DNA of 64,000 nucleotides from assembly GCA_964016885.1 (NCBI GenBank), contig OZ024741.1, positions 240,932,001 to 240,996,000 of the forward strand, in the 5' to 3' direction. Origin of the DNA: Eledone cirrhosa (Eukaryota). The translations under genes were made by a program, and so were the position numbers. The notes under the pieces were generated by a model. It searched no databases and was not told the DNA's origin. It worked only from the letters and a program-made list of their open reading frames with translations. Below are positions 25,955 to 37,088 of the stretch, piece by piece (positions within the stretch are counted from its first letter, which is position 1; each line of letters begins with the position of its first letter).

Positions 25955-26502
25955 CATCATCATCATCATCTTCGTTTAACGTCCATTTTCCGCGCTAGCA
26001 TGGGTTAGACGGGAGTTGTCCCACTTGAGGCAAGGTTGGTCGGGTGACCGTGTCTCGCTCATATAGGACTATCTGGCAGGTTTTCTACGGCTGGATGCCC
26101 TTCCTAACACCAACCACATTTCCAGTGTGGAACTGGGAACTTTTTACGGTGCTACCTACACGGCCACATTACAGCGTGGACTGTATGTGTTTTTTGTTGT
26201 GACACCTACACAATCTCGATCTCATTATTTCGTGCTGTTGGTGGGAGTGGGAGGATAGGGTAGGGGTAGTGGATTGAGGTGTATATTTGGTTAAGAGGTG
26301 CCTACTGACTGTAGGTTTTGCTTTGTACATAGGCAAGGCGGGTCTTCTGTATTACTGTGTAGCGCCAAAGATCTCGGTCCAGAGACATTGTCTTAGAGAG
26401 ATGTAAGTGTGTAAGGTCGGAATTTATCAGATCATCCCAGGTTTTTCTGGGTCTACCTACTCCGTATCTACCATCAATTTTGATCGCCCTATATATTGCC
26501 AT
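25955..26502 (-). mobile_element. RTE-clade LINE 3' fragment with 3' UTR
   Basis: IDGRYGVGRPRKTWDDLINSDL...SLDRDLWR; UTR motif ggttggtgttaggaagggcatccagcc; (ATG)n tail. Confidence 0.85.
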
Positions 26503-26521
26503 ATATTTTAATATATGTCAC

Positions 26522-26940
26522 AATGATAATAATAATGAAATTATCGTGTACAGTGCTCAGGTGCACTACAACTCACCAAAGCTGCCTGTATAGTACATAG
26601 AATAATTGTTTCTACTTTTGGCACAAGGCCAGCAATTACCCAGCACATTACTGGTACTTTATTTTATCGACCCTGTAAGGATGAAAGGCAAAGTTAACCT
26701 CGGCGGGATTTGAACTCAGATCATAAAGGACCGTAACTCTGCTGCAAAACATGGCGTCTGACCCTCTACCGATACTGCCAATCCACCACAAATGTCAGGA
26801 AAGTGAACAGTGTATGAGTCATGATATACATGTGTGTGTGTGTGTGTGTGTGGAGGGGGGTATCAGGTGTAGTGTTGGAGAATTTCAGGAAGCATGGAGG
26901 TTTTAAAGGATGCAGTGTCTCATCAGCTAACAACTCATAC
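26522..26940 (-). mobile_element. CR1/L2 LINE 3'-end fragment interrupted by a SINE A insertion
   Basis: Homologous to 60825-61060 (gtgtacagtgctcaggtgcactacaactca...cagctaacaact). Confidence 0.8.
26604..26790 (-). mobile_element. SINE family A, near full length (tRNA-derived head; central domain resembles Meta/Sauria-type)
   Basis: Minus strand tggcagtatcggtagag (box A-like) ... gagttcaaatccc (box B) ... gcctttcatcc..gggtcgataaaata.agtaccagt. Confidence 0.85.
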
Positions 26941-28605
26941 ATGCATCCATGTCTTTGTTTATGTTGGTGTCTCTGTTAGTGTTTATGCATTGAAAATTTA
27001 GCAGTTTGACAAAAAGGAATTGCTAAAATAAGCCGTCTGGCAAACATGATCAACTAAATCCCTTTAAAGTGGTGCTCCAGTATGGCCGCCGTCTAATGAC
27101 TGACAACAACAAAAGAATAAAAGAACAAAAGTAAGTCCCATAGACATTTCTGGTAGTCTTAATTCTTATTTATGACCCTTGAATATTTAGTAATTAACTG
27201 TATGAAACATCCAATTTTCACTCTAACTAATCTGACCCCAGTTGAATGATATCTGTTTAAAATAGATTTTTTTTTTCTCTCAGTTCCAGAATAAAACTAA
27301 ATAATGGTACAAAATTCCCCCAAATCAGTCACATGACTGTTTTCAGGAGTCGTAAGTCTGACCCAGCAATATTAGCTAATTAACTCTTTGAAGCATCAAT
27401 ATTTTTTATTCATTTATATTATATTATTTTATTAATTTAAGCTGAATATTGTTCGTTTTTATGTTTAATTCTCCACTCTCTTCTGTAATCCAACATTAAC
27501 CCATTTTTGATATTATCCCGAGTGAATACTTTGGCGGGAAACAACATACAAAAGAATAAGTAATATATCAAACAAAAAATATTTTATCCCAAGTGTACAT
27601 CTACATATTATCATCTCAACATAGCGATTGTACAGCTCGTATTGTTCCTCTGCTCTGTGAATTCCCTGCCATTCGGTGGTTTACAGTTAGTTCCTCTCTG
27701 ATATTATATTATATTATATTATATTATATCATATTATTATATTATACAATTATTGATTTCTTCCAGAGACATACAGACACCTCATTTCACGAGACAATCA
27801 CAATGATGAGAATTCACTCATGTTTTCTCACATTTATTTATTATACTTCTCCTCCTCCTTCTCATCATCATCACCAACACCGCCACCACCACCACCACTG
27901 CCATCACCACCACCATCATCACCATCATCAGCACCACCATTACCACCTCAGTATCATGATTATCACTATTATCACCATCACCACCACCACCACCACCACC
28001 ACTGCCATCATCACCAACACCATCATCATCATTACCACCACCACCACCAACACCACAAAACCGCCACCACCACCGCCGCCACCACCATCACCACCACCAC
28101 CACCACCACAACCACCGCCACTATCAACATCATCATCAGTATCATAATTAACACTATCATCACCATCCTCTTACTTCTCATGACCATCATCATCATCACC
28201 ACCACCACCATCACCACCTTCTCATCATCACCACCACCACCACCACCTCCACTACCATAATCACTACCACCATCATCATCATCCCCATCAACATCAATAC
28301 CACCACCATCACCTTCACCATTGCCACCACTAACACTATATCATCATCAACAGTTTCATGTGGTTTAGACGGGAGTTTTTTAAACAATACTATGCCTCAA
28401 TATACTTCTAGATGCCAACATACATATTTATCCTTTTATTAATTTTTTAAAGTAAAGTATGGATCTGTGCATGTCTAACCAGTGAGTAGTGTGGTCTCTG
28501 TTTACCACAGCCTGCAAATAGAAGAGGAAAAAATGCAAGAGAAGAACAAACACACAGACGTGTGTATATACACACAACACATATATATATATATATATAT
28601 ATACA

Positions 28606-28905
28606 CACATGGCTTAGTGGTTAGAGCATTGGCCTTGCAATCGAAAGGTTGTGAGTTCAATTCTCAGACCGGGTGATGTGTTGTTTCCTTGAGCAAGACA
28701 CTTTATTTCACATTGCTCCAGTTTACTCATCTGTAGAAATGAGATGATAGGGACTGGGGTCCCTATCATTCCACTGCAAAGTGGTCGTGGAGGTGCCACT
28801 GCAAAAAAGCACCCAGCACTCACTGTAAATGAGGTTGGTGTTAGGAAGGGCATCCAGCTGTAGAAATCAAGCCAGAATCAGTTCCCGTCCCACCCTGTCA
28901 ACTGG
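28606..28905 (+). mobile_element. tRNA-derived SINE family B with RTE-like 3' tail
   Basis: Box A tggcttagtggttagagc, box B gagttcaattc; tail ggttggtgttaggaagggcatccagctgtagaa shared with the RTE UTR at ~26083-26115. Confidence 0.85.
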
Positions 28906-28934
28906 AGATTTCAAAGATTTAGGCACCATTTCTA

Positions 28935-29044
28935 CAATGTGAAATAAAGTGTCTTGCTCAAGGAAACAACACATCACCTGGTCTGAGAATTGAACTCACA
29001 ACTTTTCGATTGCAAGGCCAATGCTCTAACCACTAAGCCATGTG
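28935..29044 (-). mobile_element. Inverted duplicate of the SINE B 5' 110 bp
   Basis: Reverse complement of 28606-28715 with 2 mismatches. Confidence 0.9.
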
Positions 29045-29049
29045 CCTCC

Positions 29050-29083
<34 letters not shown>

Positions 29084-29215
29084 ATATATATATATATATA
29101 TATGTAGACTTAAACATATATATAATTATATATATATGTGTAGACTTAAACAAAACTTAAACAAAAACTTAAACAAAAACTTAAAGAACAATTAGAAGAC
29201 AGCTTAACCCTGATA

Positions 29216-29885
29216 ATGTACTCCCGCTACGTAGATGATATAAACATCGTAGTTAAGACACCCCCACTAAAGAACAGCCAGGAACTAGAGAAAAATACAA
29301 TGGAAAGCATCCAGCAAATAGCAAACTCCATCCACCAGAGCATTAGAGTTACTATAGACTACCCAAGTAGACACCCCAACCATCGATTACCTGTACTAGA
29401 CACAGAGCTCTGGTTAGATACCATTAACAACCAAAAACAAATCCTCCATTCCCATTATGCCAAACCCATGACTTCCAAACATCTGATCCACCGAAACTCG
29501 GCCATTTCGGACCATACCAAAATCAACATACTGATTGCAGATTTGGTACGGGTGATGAGAAATGTGTCCCGCATGTGCAACCCCGAAGAACTAGAGAGAC
29601 ACATACAACACTTCATCCACCGTATGCAGTTCTCTGGCTACAATCAGAGAGATAGAATCAGAGTGTATAAAGGAGCCAGAACCAAATGGGAAAAAATGGT
29701 AAATAATGACATAAATGGGACCTGCCCCTTGTATAGGAGCAAATTTTGGAATAGAATAGAAAGAACTAGGAACAAGGCCAATAGAATAAACTCATGGTAT
29801 GATAGCAATAAATACCAGAGTCTAATGTTCATCGATACAATCCCTAGAGGTGAATTAGCTTACAAATTTAGAAGGGCCATAAAAA
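29216..29885 (+). pseudogene. Penelope-like retroelement reverse transcriptase fragment (RT5-7 plus thumb), truncated at both ends
   Basis: YSRYVDDINIV (YxDD catalytic motif), LPVLD (PLE LPFLD motif), HYAKPM, NSA, MQFSGY, PLYR; stop-free for ~225 aa; preceded by (TA)n. Confidence 0.9.
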
Positions 29886-29929
29886 AGTTGGATTTTCTTT
29901 GCTCACGGTAAGAAGAAGAGACTGACTTA

Positions 29930-30508
29930 TACATAGTTACAATTTCAAGGAAATCGGTCTGACGTAACGCCTCAAAAATCCCCTAAAAAGCTTAAAAAAC
30001 GCAGTTTTTCACTAGGAGATCAAAAGGTTGAATTTTATGTGCATAACAAACACTCCCTGAAACATAAGTAATACACATGTAAAGTTTGAAAAAAATCGGT
30101 TGGGTACTTATCGCATTTTAGGGATTCAAACTCACAGACACACACACACACAGTCAGACATCCTCAGGGAAGTGACGTAATGCAGACAGCCAGACATACA
30201 GACAGATATTATAAGGGCACGACGTTATATGTATGTATCTATCTAAAAAGAGAAAGACTAAGAATTATAGAGAGAGATCGCTAAATCGCCTAATGTGGTC
30301 TCTAGGGCATTGAAAATTTGAAATATTTTTTGCTCAGAACACTCCCTGAAACATAAGTATTACATGTGTAAAGTTTGAAAACAGTCGGTTGGGTGGTTCT
30401 CGAGTTTTAGGGATTCAAACTCACACACAGACAGACATCCTCAGTTTTATATATATAGACTAGCAGAAAACCACCCGGTGGGCGGTTTTCTGCTAGCAAA
30501 TCTAGTGT
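29930..30508 (-). mobile_element. Non-autonomous Helitron-like element end(s)
   Basis: Minus strand has hairpin...ctgCTAG joined to TCtatatatataaaactgaggatgtctgtctg, i.e. Helitron 3' CTAG and 5' TC signatures; internal direct repeat 30050-30167 / 30339-30444; palindrome ctagcagaaaacc...ggttttctgctag at 30460-30496. Confidence 0.6.
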
Positions 30509-30762
30509 ATATACTGATATTGTTGAGATTTGGATGAGAAATGTTTTTGGCACCACATGTTCACCGTCTCTCGGTGTGTCTTTTATGCATGTATAAATAT
30601 ATATGTTATCTATACGGTGAAATCTTTGAAATAAATATATGTTAAAACGAAAAAGGAGAAAAAAGAGATTAGTGACGGAAATATAAACGTTATGATATAA
30701 CGATGGAAATATATAAACGTTTACGATAAAACGATGGAAATAGAAACGTTTATATATAATGA

Positions 30763-33700
30763 TAAGCCGAAACACTCGTAAGCCGAAACACTCGTAAGCC
30801 GAAACACTCGTAAGCCGAAACACTCGTAAGCCGAAACACTCGTAAGTCGAAACACTCGTAAGTCGAAACACGCGTAAGCCGAAACACTGAAACACTCGTA
30901 AGCCGAAACACTCGTAAGTCGAAACACTCGTAAGCCGAAACACTCGTAAGCCGAAACACTCGTAAGTCGAAACACTCGTAAGCCGAAACAGCCGTAAGTC
31001 GAAACACTCATAAGTCGAAACACTCGTAAGCCGAAACACTCGTAAGTCAGAACACCCGTAAGTCAGAACACTCGTAAGTCAGAACACTCGTAAGCCGAAA
31101 CACTCGTAAGTCGAAACACTCGTAAGCCGAAACACTCGTAAGTCAGAACACCCGTAAGTCAGAACACTCGTAAGTCAGAACACTCGTAAGCCGAAACACT
31201 CGTAAGTCAAAACACTCGTAAGTCGAAACACTCGTAAGCCGAAACACTCGTAAGTCGAAACACTCGTAAGTCGAAACACTCGTAAGCCGAAACACCGTAA
31301 GTCAAAACACTCGTAAGTCCAAACACTCGTAAGTCGAAACACTCGTAAGTCGAAACACTCGTAAGCCGAAACACTCGTAAGTCGAAACACTCATAAGCCG
31401 AAACGCTCGTAAGTCGGAACACTCGTAAGTCAGAACAACCGTAAGTCAGAACACTCGTAAGTCAGAACACGCGTAAGTCGAAACACTCGTAAGTCGAAAC
31501 ACTCGTAAGTCGAAACACTCGTAAGTCGAAACATCCTTAAGTCAAAACACTCGTAAGTCGAAACACTCGTACGCCGAAACACTCGTAAGTAAAAACATTA
31601 GTAAGTCGAAACACTCGTAAGTCGAAACACTCGTAAGTCGAAACACTCGTACGCCGAAACACTCGTAAGTAAAAACATTAGTAAGTCGAAACACTCGTAA
31701 GCCGAAACACTCGTAAGTCGAAACACTCGTAAGCCGAAACACTCGTAAGTCGAAACACTCATAAGCCGAAACGCTCGTAAGTCGGAACACTCGTAAGTCA
31801 GAACAACCGTAAGTCAGAACACTCGTAAGTCAGAACATTCGTAAGCCGAAACACCCGTAAGTCGAAACACTCATAAGTCGAAACACTCGTAAGTCGAACC
31901 ACTCGTAAGTCGAAACACTCGTAAGTCAAAACACTCGTAAGTCGAAACACTCGTACGCCGAAACACTCGTAAAGCAAAACATATAAATAAAGATTAATGT
32001 AATGAATTTGAAAAGCATAGATATTTGAAACCGCGTCTATTTGTTATTTTCGTAAGCCGAAACACTCGTAAGCCGAAACACTCGTAAGCCGAAACACTCG
32101 TAAGTCGGAACACTCGTAAGTCAGAACACTCGTAAGTCAGAACACTCGTAAGTCAGAACACTCGTAAGCCGAAACACCCGTAAGTCGAAACACTCGTAAG
32201 TCGAAACACTCGTAAGTCGAACCACTCGTAAGTCGAAACACTCGTAAGTCAAAACACTCGTAAGTCGAAACACTCGTAAGCCGAAACACACGTAAGTCAA
32301 AACACTCGTAAGTCGAAATACTCGTAAGTCGAAACGCTCGTACGCCGAAACACTCGTAAAGTGAAACGTATAAATAAAGATTAATGTAATGAATTTGAAA
32401 AGCATAGAGATTTGAAACCGCGTCTATTTGTTATTTTCGTAAGTCGAAACACTCTTAAGCCGAAACACTCGTAAGTCGGAACACTCGTAAGTCAGAACAC
32501 TCGTAAGTCGAAACACTCGTAAGCCGAAACACACGTAAGTCAAAACACTCGTAAGTCGAAACACTCGTAAGTCGAAACACTCGTACGCCGAAACACTCGT
32601 AAAGCGAAACGTATAAATAAAGATTAATGTAATGAATTTGAAAAGCATAGAGATTTGAAACCGCGTCTATTTGTTATTTTCGTAAGCCGAAACACTCGTA
32701 AGCCAAAACACTCGTAAGCCGAAACACTCGTAAGCCGAAACACTCGTAAGTCGGAACACTCGTAAGTCAGAACATTCGAAACACTCGTACGCCGAAACAC
32801 TCGTAAGTAAAAACATTAGTAAGTCGAAACACTCGTAAGCCGAAACACTCGTAAGTCGAAACACTCGTAAGCCGAAACACTCGTAAGTCGAAACACTCGT
32901 AAGCCGAAACACCCGTAAGTCAAAACACCCGTAAGTCGAAACACTCGTCAGTCGAAACACTCGTACGCCGAAACACTCGTAAGTAAAAACATTAGTAAGT
33001 CGAAACACTCGTAAGTCGAAACACTCGTACGCCGAAACACTCGTAAAGCGAAACGTATAAATAAAGATTAATGTAATGAATTTGAAAAGCATAGATATTT
33101 GAAACCGCGTCTATTTGTTATTTTCGTATGTCGAAACACTCGTAAGCCGAAACACTCGTAAGCCGAAACACTCGTAAGTCGAAACACTCGTAAGTCGAAA
33201 CACTCGTAAGTCGAAACACTCGTAAGTCGAAACACTTGTAAGCCGAAACACTCGTAAGTCGGAACACTCGTAAGTCGGAACACTCGTAAGTCAAAACACT
33301 CGTAAATCGAAACACTCGTAAGCCGAAACACTCGTAAGCCGAAACACTCGTAAGTCGGAACACTCGTAAGTCAGAACACTCGTAAGTCAGAACACTCGTA
33401 AGTCAGAACACTCGTAAGCCGAAACACCCGTAAGTCGAAACACTCGTAAGTCGAAACACTCGTAAGTCGAACCACTCGTAAGTCGAAACACTCGTAAGTC
33501 AAAACACTCGTAAGTCGAAACACTCGTAAGCCGAAACACACGTAAGTCAAAACACTCGTAAGTCGAAATACTCGTAAGTCGAAACGTTCGTACGCCGAAA
33601 CACTCGTAAAGCGAAACGTATAAATAAAGATTAATGTAATGAATTTGAAAAGCATAGAGATTTGAAACCGCGTCTATTTGTTATTTTCGTAAGTCGAAAC

Positions 33701-34801
33701 ACTCTTAAGCCGAAACACTCGTAAGTCGGAACACTCGTAAGTCAGAACACTCGTAAGTCGAAACACTCGTAAGCCGAAACACACGTAAGTCAAAACACTC
33801 TTAAGCCGAAACACTCGTAAGTCGAAACACTCTTAAGCCGAAACACTCGTAAGTCGAAACACTCGTAAGCCGAAACACTCGTAAGCCGAAACACTCGTAA
33901 GCCGAAACACTCGTAAGCCGAAACACTCGTAAGTCGGAACACTCGTAAGTCAGAACATTCGAAACACTCGTACTCCGAAACACTCGTAAGTAAAAACATT
34001 AGTAAGTCGAAACACTCGTAAGCCGAAACACTCGTAAGTCGAAACACTCGTAAGCCGAAATACTCGTAAGTCGAAACACTCGTAAGCCGAAACACCCGTA
34101 AGTCAAAACACCCGTAAGTCGAAACACTCGTAAGTCGAAACACTCGTACGCCGAAACACTCGTAAGTAAAAACATTAGTAAGTCGAAACACTCGTAAGTC
34201 GAAACACTCGTACGCCGAAACACTCGTAAAGCGAAATGTATAAATAAAGATTAATGTAATGAATTTGAAAAGCATAGAGATTTGAAACCGCGTCTATTTG
34301 ATATTTTCGTAAGTCGAAACACTCGTAAGCCGAAACACTCGTAAGTCGGAACACTCGTAAGTCGGAACACTCGTAAGTGAGAACACTCGTAAGTCAGAAC
34401 ACTCGTAAGTCAGAACACTCGTAAGTCAGAACACTCGTAAGTCAGAATACTCGTAAGTCAGAATACTCGTAAGTCAGAACACTCGTAAGTCGAAACACTC
34501 GTATCGAAACACTCGTAAGTCAAAACACTCGTAAGTCGAAACACTCGTAAGCCGAAACACCGTAGGTCAAAACACTCGTAAGTCGAAACACTCGTAAGTC
34601 GAAACACTCGTAAGTCAAAGCACTCGTAAGTCAGAACACTCGTAAGTCAGAACACTCGTAAGTCAGAACACTCGTAAGTCATAACACTCGTAAGTCGAAA
34701 CACTCGTAAGTCGAAACACTCGTAAGTCGAAACATCCGTAAGTCGAAACACTCGTAAGTCAAAACACTCGTATGTCGAAACACTCGTAAGCTGAAACACT
34801 C

Positions 34802-34804
<3 letters not shown>
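30763..34804. repeat. 4-kb CpG-rich 16-bp satellite interrupted by six copies of an 80-bp AT-rich unit
   Basis: Unit taag(c/t)cgaaacactcg; 80-bp inserts start at 31971, 32358, 32601, 33045, 33608 and 34228. Confidence 0.95.
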
Positions 34805-34875
<71 letters not shown>

Positions 34876-34880
34876 ATATA

Positions 34881-35030
34881 TACAATGTACCCTCGCATAT
34901 TCGCGGTTCAGTATTTGCTGTCCTGGTTATTTGTGGAACCTAACTAATAATTATTTATGGAAACCACCGCATATTCACGGAATTGTAAATATCTTCCATG
35001 ATTTTTGAATGGCTTTTTTCATGCTTTTTA
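34881..35030 (+). mobile_element. Tigger/pogo-like DNA transposon end remnant
   Basis: tacaatgtaccctcgcatattcgcggtt start after TA, with the sub-repeat cgcatattcacgg. Confidence 0.4.
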
Positions 35031-35067
35031 ACGCTAAATTATTGATAACAATATATCAGGAGACAAC

Positions 35068-35108
<41 letters not shown>

Positions 35109-35429
35109 ATATATATATATATATATATATATAGTAGAATAATCGAGAATCGGAATATCAGCCCACGAAATCACGATAAACAATATCCGATATATGTGGC
35201 AGAGGGCTCAATAATTTGGAAAAATCAGAGCTATAACTATCGTTAAAATACCAACACATAGAGATCATGCCTAAAATCACCCGTGCAGCCGAAAAAGAAC
35301 GACCAGGAAGATTCGGGTCACTCAAATAAAATATCAATAAATTAATAAATTAAATGAATGTAAAAAAAATATATATATATATATACACACACAAATGCAT
35401 GAATGTATGTATACAGAGAGCTGTACTCA

Positions 35430-35760
35430 TGAAAATTCCCTTGGTAATGTTACAGAGGATCTTCATACCAGGGTTGGAATAGATTGGCAAACGGGGAACA
35501 CTTTTGGTCATAACAGTAAGAAGAATGAATAACAATGGTCTTATGCTTCCAGAATTTTGTGAAGAATTTGGTCTTTATATTGCCAGCACTCACTTAATGT
35601 ACAAAGGTGAACACACAATGACATGAATGCATCCAAGATCTAGAATTTGGCACATGATGGATTGCATAATCATTTGCAAATATCTGTAATGTCAAGTCCT
35701 TATATATTTGAGAGTGTTGGATGGGCCATACTTTAGTACAAGCAAAATTTCTGATGGTAA
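35430..35760 (+). pseudogene. RTE-clade LINE AP-endonuclease remnant
   Basis: Own translation: RMNNNGLMLPEFCEEFGLYIASTH...KGEHTMT*MHPRSRIWHMMDCIII, matching the RTE APE motifs NxNG.LL.FC, TWxHPRSxxWHxxDY. Confidence 0.8.
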
Positions 35761-36054
35761 TTATGGTGAGAGAAACAAATATTTGAGGGCTGCAACATAA
35801 GTACTTAGGGAAAAACACTGGAAGTTAACAACATAGTACAGTAAAGGAAATCTAAACAAATTGCTATATGTGTGTGTGTGTGTGTTTATAATACATATAT
35901 GTATGTATATGTGTGGGTGTGTATATATGTGTGTATATATGGCAGAGGAATGTAACAAATGGAGGGAAGCTGTACTACAAAAGACCTGTCTAACCCCTGC
36001 AATTATGAAGAAGGGGACATAGAAAATTATGATGATAATGATAATCCTGATGAT

Positions 36055-36300
36055 AATGATTAATGTGCAAGTGGCTGAGCATTCTACAGGCATGTGTAAC
36101 CTCAACATAATTCTCAGCATTATACAATGTGGGACAAGTCTGGCTCTTTGAATTATAGTTACAACTCAGTTACAAGCTAAGTGAAATGGAGCATCAAAAA
36201 GTAAAGTGTCTTGCTCAAGGACACAACATTCTGCTGGGAATTGAACTTATGACCTTATGATAATGAGCCAAAGATCTGGACTGATAAGCTCTGTACCTGA
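36055..36300 (-). mobile_element. SINE family B relative, diverged
   Basis: taaagtgtcttgctcaagga.acaaca head; tail motif atgtgcaagtggctgag.attc.acag recurs at ~38170 and ~42750. Confidence 0.65.
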
Positions 36301-36394
36301 GCTATGCACACTTGCTCACCTACACCCGCACTCACACATACACACACATGCACATACATATATATGTGTGTGTATGCGTATGTATGTATGACGT

Positions 36395-36900
36395 GTCTGG
36401 TTGCTCTTCAGTGCTACTGGTAACATGTAACCCAGTACAACCTCTGCATGGTTGGGTCGTCGGCGATTAAATCGGCAACCCCACCAAGCTTGTTTGGTGA
36501 GGACGGTGAATTTGGACACCCTGCGGGATGAAAAATAAATCCATCAAAGAGTAGAGGAACTCACGAGAGTCAATGCCCATCCAATAAAGTATTTTGTTTT
36601 TATAGAGCGAGAGATTCCTAGTCTTCATTAAGACATCTCTCTAGGAGAAGGTCACTCATATAAAACCTGCAACTTTGTTTACATCCAATAATGTAGACCA
36701 GTTATTCTTTTGGGGTAAATGCATTCGGTGTTCAGAGAGTGGGATTAGTCCTGCGCAAGGTCTTTCCTCACTTATAAATGCTTCCAGCACAAACATCGCT
36801 TGATATGTGACATTTTTTGCGATGCATGGTATTGCTGGCCATAGGCAAGTCCCTAGCAGAACTAAAAAGCCTCGTCCATGATGCTCATCCTTAAGTATCA
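36395..36900 (+). mobile_element. Interspersed repeat family C copy
   Basis: Colinear similarity to 13835-14290. Confidence 0.65.
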
Positions 36901-36926
36901 AACAATGGCATTATTTGAAATCAAGG

Positions 36927-37088
36927 GTCGGACGTCATGCTTTGACGCATAGAGTTACGGCCCTTTCCATTCTGAGTTCAAATCCCGCCGAGGTCAACGT
37001 TGCCTTTCATCCTTACAGGGTCGATAAAATAAAGTACCAGTAATGTACTGGGTAATTGCTGGCCTTGTGCCAAAAGTAGGAACAATTA
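36927..37088 (+). mobile_element. SINE family A
   Basis: ctgagttcaaatcccgccgaggtcaac..tgcctttcatccttacagggtcgataaaataaagtaccag. Confidence 0.85.

Noticed and set aside
28606-28680. tRNA gene
   Set aside because: Box A/B are present, but the sequence continues into a SINE body and lacks a proper acceptor stem.
30763-34804. CRISPR-like repeat/spacer array
   Set aside because: The 80-bp inserts are identical rather than unique, the 16-mers are directly tandem, there are no cas genes and the context is eukaryotic.
30763-34804. 16-bp unit (GAAAC-actc-GTA) and insert (GAAACCGCGTC) as hammerhead halves
   Set aside because: No CTGANGA partner or helix I/II was found in the array; short-motif coincidence is sufficient.
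35140-35345. Another hammerhead module after (TA)n (gccgaaa...aataaa)
   Set aside because: No CTGANGA core or UH site could be identified.
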